Origin: Lentisphaeria bacterium
Lineage (GTDB): Bacteria > Verrucomicrobiota > Lentisphaeria > JABSQK01 > JAWLHB01
Assembly (NCBI GenBank): GCA_041690595.1
Contig: JAWLHB010000018.1
Coordinates: 62,001-126,000, forward strand
Reading direction: 5' to 3'
DNA length: 64,000 nucleotides
The number at the start of each line of letters is the position of its first letter. The first letter of the stretch is position 1. This document shows positions 50,948 to 59,438 of the stretch, piece by piece. The position numbers and the translations under genes were made by a program. The notes beneath the pieces were generated by a model. That model saw only the letters and a list, made by a program, of their open reading frames with translations. It ran no database searches and was not told the origin of the DNA.

Positions 50948-50976
50948 AGTATACCCACCTATCTCACCCCATGCAA
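50948..50976 (-). promoter_or_regulatory. Sigma70-like promoter for the 50887 gene
   Basis: Minus strand TTGCAT-N17-TATACT. Confidence 0.6.
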
Positions 50977-51411
50977 AGCAAAGCTGCCCGACGGTTCGGT
51001 CATCCGCGGAAGGGCGGCCTGCGCATGCCTCATGATTGGCGTCTTCCACGACGTAGCGTCCACCTGATCGCTTGTCCACAGTGTAATCGCCATGGCGCGA
51101 CCAAGCTACCCGCTGCAGTTCATGCATGCAGTAAGCTCTCGTCGTCGGCACAAGTACCGTAAATCCCACTCGTTTATTCCTGTCTCTGATCGGTAGACTT
51201 GAAGCTCGGCTCTCACGTTTCGCCTCGCGGGCGCTTGGTCGATGTACTGCCGCGGTTCAGTAAGCGACGCAGGAGGTTTCCGTATTGACAGGTCCTTACA
51301 GCCTTCCTCATAATCAGCGGGTCGCGGGTTCACGTCCATCCGTGTCAAGTCCTGAAGAAAAGTTGACACATTTTGATACAGGGTGTTCTTACGGTTCTAC
51401 TTCGACTCCCT

Positions 51412-54400
51412 TCACTGCTTCAGAAGCCGTGTGACCTTCTCTACGCAGGCACTCATGTTTTCCCGTAGCTCGAAGACCCAGAAGCGAACAACTCGCCACC
51501 CGGCAGCCTGCACAGTGACGTCACGCCAGAGATCGTCGGCTTTGCGCCGTCCGGCGGAAGCATCCCAGTGGAACTGTACGCCATCCACCTCGATGTCGAT
51601 CTTGTGCGACGGAATGGCCAGGTCGAGGTAGCGGCCGACGAGGGGGTACTGGGAGACGGTATCGATACCTGCTTGCCGCAGTGCCTCGTACAGGGCCCGC
51701 TCCCAAGGAGACTGAAAATCGACACCTGCTGGAGGGCGAGGGGGCTGGATGTCCGCGGCCAAAGCCTGCAGGTGAGCTATGCCGCTCTCTTGGCAGGCCT
51801 TTCGATTGCCGACGACGTGCAGAACAGCACGAGCCCGGCTCGCAGCGACATTCATCAGATTGCGGTTCTCGGCATCACCGATCGCCCACCTTGCCCCCTT
51901 CGGGAGGCCAGGCTGGAACACGGGGCTGAGGTAGATGACATCGCATTCGCCGCCCTGAAAGGCGTGTGCGGTTGAGCAGACGATACCCAGCGCTTTACTC
52001 TGCTTCTCCGTAATCCTGTGGCTGAGCAGCTGCCCAATGCGTTGGGCTTGCTTCACGAACGGGGAGATGATGCCCACGCTTCCCTGAAAGTCCTGCGACA
52101 CCAACTCCGCAACCAGTTCGCGGATGCGCTCGGCTTCGATCTGACAGGTAGCGCCCCTGCCTGCCCCGACTGCCTCACCTTCGACATCGGTCCAGAGGAT
52201 ACCGGCTTTGGCGCCGGCAGGCACTTTCAGCTTGCCTTCGTCCGTCAGCACGCGCAGGGTGCCACTGTAGAAGGTGTTGTTGCAGTATGTCGCGATGTCT
52301 GAGTGACAGCGGAAGTGGTCCTTCAGCTGGACCCGGGACAAGGCCTCGAATGGCGCATTGTCGGCAGCATCGAAGAGGCTGAACTGCTTGTAGTCATAGG
52401 CAACCCCCTCGCGCGCCGTCAGTCCATGCCGCTCCATGAGCAGGCGGTTGCGCGTACTGTGAAGCGTGATGACGGGCCGGAACTGGTGTGGATCGCCGAT
52501 GATCACGGCGCGCTTCGCGCGAAAGAGCACTGGTAGAAGGGCGGGGATTTCACACTGGCTGGCTTCGTCGATGATGGCCACGTCTACCAGGCCTGCACCA
52601 AACGGCAGCGCGTGGCGGGCGGAGAGGGCCGTGACCGCCCACATCGGGAAGGCGCGCAGCAGACCAGCGATCTCTTCCTCAAAGAAGCGCTCCCACTGCA
52701 TGCGCGCATCGTCAGAGAACTCGGTTGCGTTGCGGTTGGCGAGGATGCCGCGAATCTGCATCAGCCGGTGGCGCTGGTCCTGGCTGAGCTCAGAGCTGCG
52801 ACTGGCCAGCATCGCCTTGAGCAGAGGTTTCGCTTCGTCAGCGATCGCCGTATTGAGGCGCTGAAATTCTGCTGTCAGCTCGGTGAGCGGCTCGCGCTGC
52901 CGTGCCTCGTCCTCAAGGGCCGCGATCTTGTGTGTCAGCTGCGCTAGGTCACCGCAGCACGTGAGCCGCTCCGTGCAGACACGCAGGTCATCCAGCAGCT
53001 CGGGCAACGGGGCCATGGGACGCACTGCTGTCTCGATGGCTGCCAGAAGCTGCCGTTGCTCATCCAGGTACGCCTTCAGCTTCTTCCGCTTGAGCAAGAT
53101 CCAGCGCCACCGCTGCAGGTGGCCAAGCAGGCCTGCGGTTGCCGCCTGGTCGGGGGGCGAGAGTGTTTGCAGTGCTTCCGCGACCGCATGATAGTCCCCT
53201 GAGCGCTGCTTCGCGATCGCCGCAACACCTGCCGGTAGCAGTGCCTCCAGATCCTCACAATCATGGCTGACGCGACCGAGTTCAACCTCGATCTGACTCC
53301 AGCGCTCAGCGCGTTCCATAACCTTCTCGCGGGTCGCAGTCAAGGCACTGACGCGATTCGAGCGGTGCTGCAACTCCTGACCGTCACTGTGAGCATGCAC
53401 ATTGTTGAGCAGGATTCTAACGGCCTGGTGCCAGGTGAAGGTCGTGCCGCTCTCCTTGTCGGCTTGGCGAAAGATCAGCGCGTCGCCGTCGACGAGATCG
53501 TTGGTGCGAGGCACGACGGCATCGATCGCCTTATGGTTCTTGCTCGAGAATACGGCTGTCTGGCGTTGCCATGTCAGGTTGGCCAGCAGTGCCGCGGCGA
53601 CCTGGGATTTGCCGGTTCCTGGCGGTCCTGTGATGACTGTCAGGTCGCCCTGGACTGCCGCCCGGACGGCGGCTTCCTGCTCATCATTCAGGGGCAGAAA
53701 GGGGGCGGCCACAGGGGGCTGTTCGCTCACCGGATCACCCTGCTCACGCAAGGGGGGGAAGCCGAGAAAGAGCGGACGAAGGCTGGTGCGGTTCAGCGCA
53801 CTGTCCGGCACCGCCTTGAGCTGCCGAAGCTCCCGCAGCAGCCCGGCGCTGTACTTGACGCGTTTGTCGGTATAGATGACGGCGCAGTTGTGGATGCCGC
53901 TTTCCAGCTTGCTCACATCCAGGATCGGCAGCGTGTGCGTGGGGTTCAGCCCTTCGCCCTTGATCAGGTTTCCGACGAAGGTTCGCAAGGCGTTGACGAC
54001 TGCCTGCAGCGACTGGCGGGAAAGCAGGCCGACAGCATCCTCCGCCTCGTCATCCTTCGCCAGCAGCCTGGCGTGGCGGAGAAACGGCTGGATCTGCTGC
54101 TTCTCCAGGTACTTCTGCAACCACTCGCTGTTCAGGTCGGCGTCGTCGAAATCGATTGCCAGTGACAGGCGATTGGACTCCGGCCGTTCCAGCAAGACCG
54201 GGATACAGCAGATCGGCAACAGAAGCGTGTCCTTGGCCTTCTTCCCTTTGCTGGAGAAACGCACTGCATGGACGGGGTAGCCGATATAGATCCCGGTGTT
54301 CTGGTCCGCGGAAAGTGCCTCCCGGAGGAAAGGTGCATGGTCGGGCAGCGTGGGGATGCGCAGCGTCGGCGACCCAGGGCTGTCACCCTCCGGCCACCAG

Positions 54401-54942
54401 GATCCGACAAGGTAGGGGACCATGAAACGCTGGTTCTGCTGCTCGGCGTACATCACCGTGGATGGACGCTCGTCCAGACGCACACAGTCGATGTAGTAGT
54501 TGACGGCACGGCGGAATACAGCCCAGGGTGAGTCAGCATCGCGAAGCTCGGCGGGCGTTGCTTCAGTGGGTCTGGAGGAGAGGCTGTCACCCCATTCGAC
54601 GGTGGCCGGAGCAACAGGAACCACAGGAGACGTGGCGTCGGGGCGTCGGTTTGGCGCGACCGCAGTGGCCATAGACGTTGCACCCGCGGCAGGTGCAGGG
54701 GAGAGGGGGCGTTGCGGAAGTTCTGGGGGGGAAAGCATGTCGCGACGCTTGCGCAGGCCTTCCTTCGTCAGCCGCCATCCATTGTTGTCGCTGGTGATCA
54801 GCTCCCGAGCCAGCAGCACGCGTAGCTCTTCTGTGACGCCGCGTAACCCCAGATGCTCACCACGTTCTCGGATCTCCGACATGCAAAGGGCACTCCCGTC
54901 CCGCGGCCAGCACTGCAGCAGAATTTCAGTCTTGTCAGCCAT
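51412..54942 (-). CDS. UPF1/DNA2-like SF1 helicase with N-terminal wHTH, internal coiled coil and C-terminal Vsr/DUF559-like endonuclease
   Basis: GPPGTGKS, DEASQ, GDPHQ, HFRCH, GIISPF, TAHAFQG and NVAASRA motifs. C-terminal SPWE...LDLA...IEVDGVQFH...RD...GWRVVRFW. Confidence 0.92.
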   Translation of the reverse strand: MADKTEILLQCWPRDGSALCMSEIRERGEHLGLRGVTEELRVLLARELITSDNNGWRLTKEGLRKRRDMLSPPELPQRPLSPAPAAGATSMATAVAPNRRPDATSPVVPVAPATVEWGDSLSSRPTEATPAELRDADSPWAVFRRAVNYYIDCVRLDERPSTVMYAEQQNQRFMVPYLVGSWWPEGDSPGSPTLRIPTLPDHAPFLREALSADQNTGIYIGYPVHAVRFSSKGKKAKDTLLLPICCIPVLLERPESNRLSLAIDFDDADLNSEWLQKYLEKQQIQPFLRHARLLAKDDEAEDAVGLLSRQSLQAVVNALRTFVGNLIKGEGLNPTHTLPILDVSKLESGIHNCAVIYTDKRVKYSAGLLRELRQLKAVPDSALNRTSLRPLFLGFPPLREQGDPVSEQPPVAAPFLPLNDEQEAAVRAAVQGDLTVITGPPGTGKSQVAAALLANLTWQRQTAVFSSKNHKAIDAVVPRTNDLVDGDALIFRQADKESGTTFTWHQAVRILLNNVHAHSDGQELQHRSNRVSALTATREKVMERAERWSQIEVELGRVSHDCEDLEALLPAGVAAIAKQRSGDYHAVAEALQTLSPPDQAATAGLLGHLQRWRWILLKRKKLKAYLDEQRQLLAAIETAVRPMAPLPELLDDLRVCTERLTCCGDLAQLTHKIAALEDEARQREPLTELTAEFQRLNTAIADEAKPLLKAMLASRSSELSQDQRHRLMQIRGILANRNATEFSDDARMQWERFFEEEIAGLLRAFPMWAVTALSARHALPFGAGLVDVAIIDEASQCEIPALLPVLFRAKRAVIIGDPHQFRPVITLHSTRNRLLMERHGLTAREGVAYDYKQFSLFDAADNAPFEALSRVQLKDHFRCHSDIATYCNNTFYSGTLRVLTDEGKLKVPAGAKAGILWTDVEGEAVGAGRGATCQIEAERIRELVAELVSQDFQGSVGIISPFVKQAQRIGQLLSHRITEKQSKALGIVCSTAHAFQGGECDVIYLSPVFQPGLPKGARWAIGDAENRNLMNVAASRARAVLHVVGNRKACQESGIAHLQALAADIQPPRPPAGVDFQSPWERALYEALRQAGIDTVSQYPLVGRYLDLAIPSHKIDIEVDGVQFHWDASAGRRKADDLWRDVTVQAAGWRVVRFWVFELRENMSACVEKVTRLLKQ

Positions 54943-57694
54943 CGTCGATTTTCCGCATGATGTTGACGAAGCCCGCCAGCGAGCCCCGGCTCTTCAGGAA
55001 GCTTCGTAGCTGTAGCGATAGTTCCAGCATCAGCTTTGCGCGATTTTGGGTCGAGGTGTTCTGGTTGGCATCTTGCGTTGCACGGCGTAGCGGCTCCCTG
55101 ATAGTCCAGAGCAGAGCCAGCAGGCGGGCGAGTAGCTCATCATCCGAGCACAAAGTTCTACATTGTCTTGGAGTGAAGAATAATGTCTGTTGGCGAAGGT
55201 GATCAGCGCATCGCTGCACCCTTTCGTCGGAGTACTGGAGAAACTCGGTATCGTAGCGTCGTCGACGAAGCATGAACAGAAGCGCGATGAGCGAATCTTT
55301 CATCCGGTTGCCGAAGTTGGGCCTATGCATTTCATACTCGATCAGTCTGCACAATCTTAGAATCAGAAATCGCACCGTGTCCGAGTCGGCGTGCTGAAGT
55401 GCATCAGGCCGATAGGTAACGAGCTTGCGCAGACCGTTTGCATACCAGCCGACGCTGTCCACATCTCGATCATCAAACACATCCAAGATCGCTAGTAACA
55501 TGGCTTGGTATTCGTCAGGATGGTGAAAGAGCTGGCCGCAGGCTGTCAGCTCTTCCTGCGCAAGGGAGCCTGGCTCCTGCTGGAGCTTGTCGACCAGATA
55601 CATCCGCAGCTTCGGAAAGGTCTCGCCTTGGTACGTCCAGGCGATAGCACGAATGAGCTTCAACCTGTTATCTGGAATCTGGGCAAAGGCGTAGTCCTCC
55701 TGCAGCTTAGTCAGATAGTCCTTGGCCTTCAGGCGGTCTGGGGGGAGCCCGTCGGTCATGCTGGACCCGAACGTATTCTGTCTTGCCAGGCTGTCCTTTC
55801 GGTTGGGGTCGTACCGTACGGCGCCGCACCGCTGGAAAAAGTAGTCCCCCAGCACCTTACCTAACGACTTCTCTTTGCCGCCAAGCAGAAGCGACGTCTC
55901 CAAATACCGATCCACATACGGCTCGAACAACTCCCACAGCGCCGGGTCGGGCTCTACGTCGGGCATGTCCGGCGGAAAGCTTCGTGGGCGCTCCCGGTTC
56001 AACGACTCCAGCGTCTTGTGAGTCGTTTGCATGCGGCTCCAGTCAAGCAACACATACCCGCCGGTAAACAGACGCTTATTGTGTACCTCAATGCGCGCGT
56101 GTCCCCGCGCAGGCTGCTGCGTTGGCCGAAGAACCAGCTCCTCCTGACGATCCGTGCTCACCTTGAAGACCTGTTTCAGCTCACGCAGGCGTTCTTCCTG
56201 CTGCATGCGCAGGAGAAAGCCCACGTGCTGCTCATGCTTGTTCAGGGAGAAGCCCGATTGATCATCTCCCACGTATGTGCTGTCACCATCCACCTCGGCA
56301 TCGGGTATAAGCTGTTTCGCGATGATGTCCTCAAACGTTGCCGACCCAGGATCCTTGTCCTGGACAATGATGTCCAGCTGGCGTAGCTGGTCGAGATAGG
56401 TAGGCTGCCCGAGTTGCGAGCGCTGGGCGAGCAGCACGCAGCCGCGGGCGACCATGTGGTCCGGGACACCGTCAGCAGCCTCGGTAGCACGCAGCATCGG
56501 CTGGGCAGGAAAGAATGCTTGATCCAGCTGGCGGCTGATGGTCGCTCCCAAGGTCGTGTCGTCGATGGGCAGGCAACTACCGGCGCCGTGCAGGAGAAAG
56601 CCGTCAGGCTTGGTCTGGTGGATCAGCTTCTTCAGCGCGACTGTCACCTGTGATAGCCACGAACTGCCGTCGTTACTCTTCTGGATGCCGAGAAGCTTGG
56701 CTACCTCCTTGGCCGCGGTGTCTGGCAGTTCATGGATCACCTCCCCAACTACCAGCGGCAGGTCATCCGGTGATATCTGCAGGTGCTGCCAGCCACGTTG
56801 TGTCGGCAGGAGGCAGGCTCGTTCGCTGGTGCCATTCGCTTTGGCGGACAGCAGCTTGTAGATTGCATCGCCCCCCAACGCGAGCGACCAGACAAGATCG
56901 CTGGTAGGGGGGATTGCATGGTAATCCAGCAGCCCTTCCGCCAGCACGAACGGCAATGGAAGAATCGGCTGGAAGGCACAGTTGTCGGCCCGGGGGAGAC
57001 GGCGGACCGGCACCAGGTAGCTTTGCCCTTCCCTGATGACCTGCTTCAGCCGAACCTTGCAGACGGTGATGCAGTCGTAGCGCACCTCGCATACGGCCAG
57101 GTGTTTGCCGTCGTACTGCTTGTGGAGATGCGCCGGCTGTGCTGCCCCCCAGGTCATGGCTGCCGCGATCGGCCGCCAAAGGAGCCGCGACTGTGGCCCC
57201 AGGGCCGCGAGCACATCCTCCTGGGCCCACTCATCCAGCGTATTGGGGACGGCCATCACCACCCGTCGCCTCGCCATGCTGTCGCGGAACGGCGCGAGGA
57301 AGCATTGCAGCAGATCGCGCACACGCACCTGGCGGTCAGCACCTTTGGCATCCTTATACGCATGCTCCCGTGTAGACTGCCCCATCAGGTAGCCATTGTC
57401 CTGAAGTACAGGCTCTTCACCCAGGAGATCCCACAGCTTCCACACCGGCAGTCTGGCTGCGTTACGGCCCACGCTCGCGTGCTGGCGCCAGCCATGACCG
57501 CAGTTCCATGGCGATGCCACAGACTCCGCATCGCACGCAGGGCGCAGGCCACGCTGCCAGGGCAGGACCACCAGGGGGCGGCTGTCCCCCCAACCTCGCC
57601 ACTCCACGGTCGCCAGGGGCGAATCAGCCTGCAGCAGGGGCTGCTGCCAGCTGTCCAAGTCGATGCCCATCACCGGTTGCAGATCGCTGTTCAT
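54935..57694 (-). CDS. Divergent Hsp70/actin-fold protein with a helical C-terminal region
   Basis: MGIDLD, VVMAVPNTLDE, RLLWRPIAAAM, LLHGAG and MVARGC occur in the order of the Hsp70 NBD motifs. Confidence 0.72.
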   Translation of the reverse strand: MNSDLQPVMGIDLDSWQQPLLQADSPLATVEWRGWGDSRPLVVLPWQRGLRPACDAESVASPWNCGHGWRQHASVGRNAARLPVWKLWDLLGEEPVLQDNGYLMGQSTREHAYKDAKGADRQVRVRDLLQCFLAPFRDSMARRRVVMAVPNTLDEWAQEDVLAALGPQSRLLWRPIAAAMTWGAAQPAHLHKQYDGKHLAVCEVRYDCITVCKVRLKQVIREGQSYLVPVRRLPRADNCAFQPILPLPFVLAEGLLDYHAIPPTSDLVWSLALGGDAIYKLLSAKANGTSERACLLPTQRGWQHLQISPDDLPLVVGEVIHELPDTAAKEVAKLLGIQKSNDGSSWLSQVTVALKKLIHQTKPDGFLLHGAGSCLPIDDTTLGATISRQLDQAFFPAQPMLRATEAADGVPDHMVARGCVLLAQRSQLGQPTYLDQLRQLDIIVQDKDPGSATFEDIIAKQLIPDAEVDGDSTYVGDDQSGFSLNKHEQHVGFLLRMQQEERLRELKQVFKVSTDRQEELVLRPTQQPARGHARIEVHNKRLFTGGYVLLDWSRMQTTHKTLESLNRERPRSFPPDMPDVEPDPALWELFEPYVDRYLETSLLLGGKEKSLGKVLGDYFFQRCGAVRYDPNRKDSLARQNTFGSSMTDGLPPDRLKAKDYLTKLQEDYAFAQIPDNRLKLIRAIAWTYQGETFPKLRMYLVDKLQQEPGSLAQEELTACGQLFHHPDEYQAMLLAILDVFDDRDVDSVGWYANGLRKLVTYRPDALQHADSDTVRFLILRLCRLIEYEMHRPNFGNRMKDSLIALLFMLRRRRYDTEFLQYSDERVQRCADHLRQQTLFFTPRQCRTLCSDDELLARLLALLWTIREPLRRATQDANQNTSTQNRAKLMLELSLQLRSFLKSRGSLAGFVNIMRKIDDG

Positions 57695-57695
57695 C

Positions 57696-59438
57696 CTACC
57701 GCACCAGCTCCAGCAGGCCAGTTGCATGTTCACGCAGAAGCTTCATCAGATCCCGGCCCCATTCGTCCGGCTTGCCCGGCGCCCGCAGACCGTGGACCTG
57801 CGTCTCCTCATGCTCCTCGCAATGCAGGGCATCGATGCCGCTGTAGGTGCCAGCATAGTCACTCAGCACCATGAGCCCGGCAAAGCGACACGGCACACTG
57901 TTACGCACTGCAGCTTTCTGGATGAGCGAGAGACGCTGGCTGGCGTCCCGGCACATGACCTGCAGATCCTCCTGCCACTGCGTGCGCAGTTTGCTTGAGT
58001 GCACGCCCCAGACCATGAGGCAAAGGTCTTGACGGTCGCGATGGTGAGAAAGGATCGAGAAGTGAATAGCAAAATCCACGCCCAGCACACCGACCCACGG
58101 CGCCAGATCGGTGCCCAGGTATTTTCTCTTCTCGGTCATCCCCGCGGGCTCCAGGCATTCGGCGACAACCTGGCGCCCCCGGTGCTCGATGATCAGCGGT
58201 CCTGGCCAGTCCACATCGGCCAACCAACGACCGTACTCGGGGCGCTGGCGAATCCACAGCTGGTGGTGATGCATACCGAGACGGCGTTGGTCATCAGTGA
58301 CCAGCCGGAGTACTGCGGCGGCGAGGTAGAGACGCACCGTCTCGCTCCACAGGCGTGACTGCCATGGCCAGACCGCGTCGGTGTCGTCTTCCTGTTGGAC
58401 AATACGCAGGTACCACTGCCACAGCTCCCGATACCCCGGGTCGTGTTGGAGCACGTAGTTGGGGGAAGGCACAATCTGCAGAGCCCCGACCGCCCCGAAC
58501 AACGGCTCCCGGAGCTGCCGCTGACAACGGCGCTGAAAAGTCTCAACCAGCTTATACTTCTCGTGTGTGTGGTGGCGGCGGTTGTCATGCAACCACTGGC
58601 CCGCCAGAACGACGCAGCGGCGTAGCATGTCCTTGAGAACCCGGTTCTCCAGCGTGTCGAAGTTCTCCTCCCGCTCGACGGCGAGGATGCGCTGCCGCCC
58701 GCCGGCTTTCTCGCTAGCCGTGCGGCCAGGCTGCCGGACCAGCCACTGCAGGCAAGCGGCGTCCACTTGCTGCACGCGCCCGATGGGCGCTTTCTGCCGG
58801 ACCCGGCTGAGCACGCGCCGGGGGTGCTCACACAACCGGAAGAGGCGCGTCGAAAACTCGTTTGCGACGCGCACAATGAGGCCCATCATCGGCTGGTCGA
58901 CACTGTTTTCCAGGCGCTCCGGCAGCTCGCGCCAAGGCAGGGGCAGCAGCGCCCTGTTCCCGGCGTTCGTACCAGACTCGCGGGCAATTGCCTGCTCTTC
59001 GGCGGTCCACCGTAGTTCCTGGGCATTCCGAACAAGATTGGAGAGAAAATCGTAGAGGGCCAGGTCTGGCGGCTTAGTGCTGACCTGAGCGTAACTGCGT
59101 ATGCGGGAGCGAGTAGGTCTCGCCAGATATCCATGCTGAATGATGTCCCACGTAGCCTGGCCACGAGAGTCCTGTACATGCAGGGTCTCCCCTGTAGTTG
59201 TGGGCCAGGGAAGATCGTATGACGAAAGCAGCTCAGTTCGCGTGCCAAATGGTGCACACCGCCGAGGAAGCCCAGCAGACGCGCCCGAAATCATGGGCTC
59301 GGCACCCTTTGGTAGGAGCGCAATTGCTGCTCCTCCCTCACATGTCTGTGGCAGAGGGCACCCAACGTCGCTCATCAGCTCCCGGATCAACTGCCAAGGC
59401 TGTTCCAGGACCCTAAGCAGGGACACTCTGCGCTCCAT
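57696..59438 (-). CDS. DUF2357 McrC-like protein
   Basis: FDTLENRVLK and PNYVLQHDPGYRELWQW blocks; lies directly downstream of the McrB-like gene. Confidence 0.85.
   Translation of the reverse strand: MERRVSLLRVLEQPWQLIRELMSDVGCPLPQTCEGGAAIALLPKGAEPMISGASAGLPRRCAPFGTRTELLSSYDLPWPTTTGETLHVQDSRGQATWDIIQHGYLARPTRSRIRSYAQVSTKPPDLALYDFLSNLVRNAQELRWTAEEQAIARESGTNAGNRALLPLPWRELPERLENSVDQPMMGLIVRVANEFSTRLFRLCEHPRRVLSRVRQKAPIGRVQQVDAACLQWLVRQPGRTASEKAGGRQRILAVEREENFDTLENRVLKDMLRRCVVLAGQWLHDNRRHHTHEKYKLVETFQRRCQRQLREPLFGAVGALQIVPSPNYVLQHDPGYRELWQWYLRIVQQEDDTDAVWPWQSRLWSETVRLYLAAAVLRLVTDDQRRLGMHHHQLWIRQRPEYGRWLADVDWPGPLIIEHRGRQVVAECLEPAGMTEKRKYLGTDLAPWVGVLGVDFAIHFSILSHHRDRQDLCLMVWGVHSSKLRTQWQEDLQVMCRDASQRLSLIQKAAVRNSVPCRFAGLMVLSDYAGTYSGIDALHCEEHEETQVHGLRAPGKPDEWGRDLMKLLREHATGLLELVR

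Noticed and set aside
51106..51369. 87-aa ORF at the junction of the defence and glycan regions
   Set aside because: No recognisable motif or clear RBS. It may be a remnant but cannot be supported.
54935..57694. Housekeeping dnaK/hscA
   Set aside because: Core motifs are degenerate, there is no dnaJ or grpE context, and the gene is embedded in a McrBC operon.
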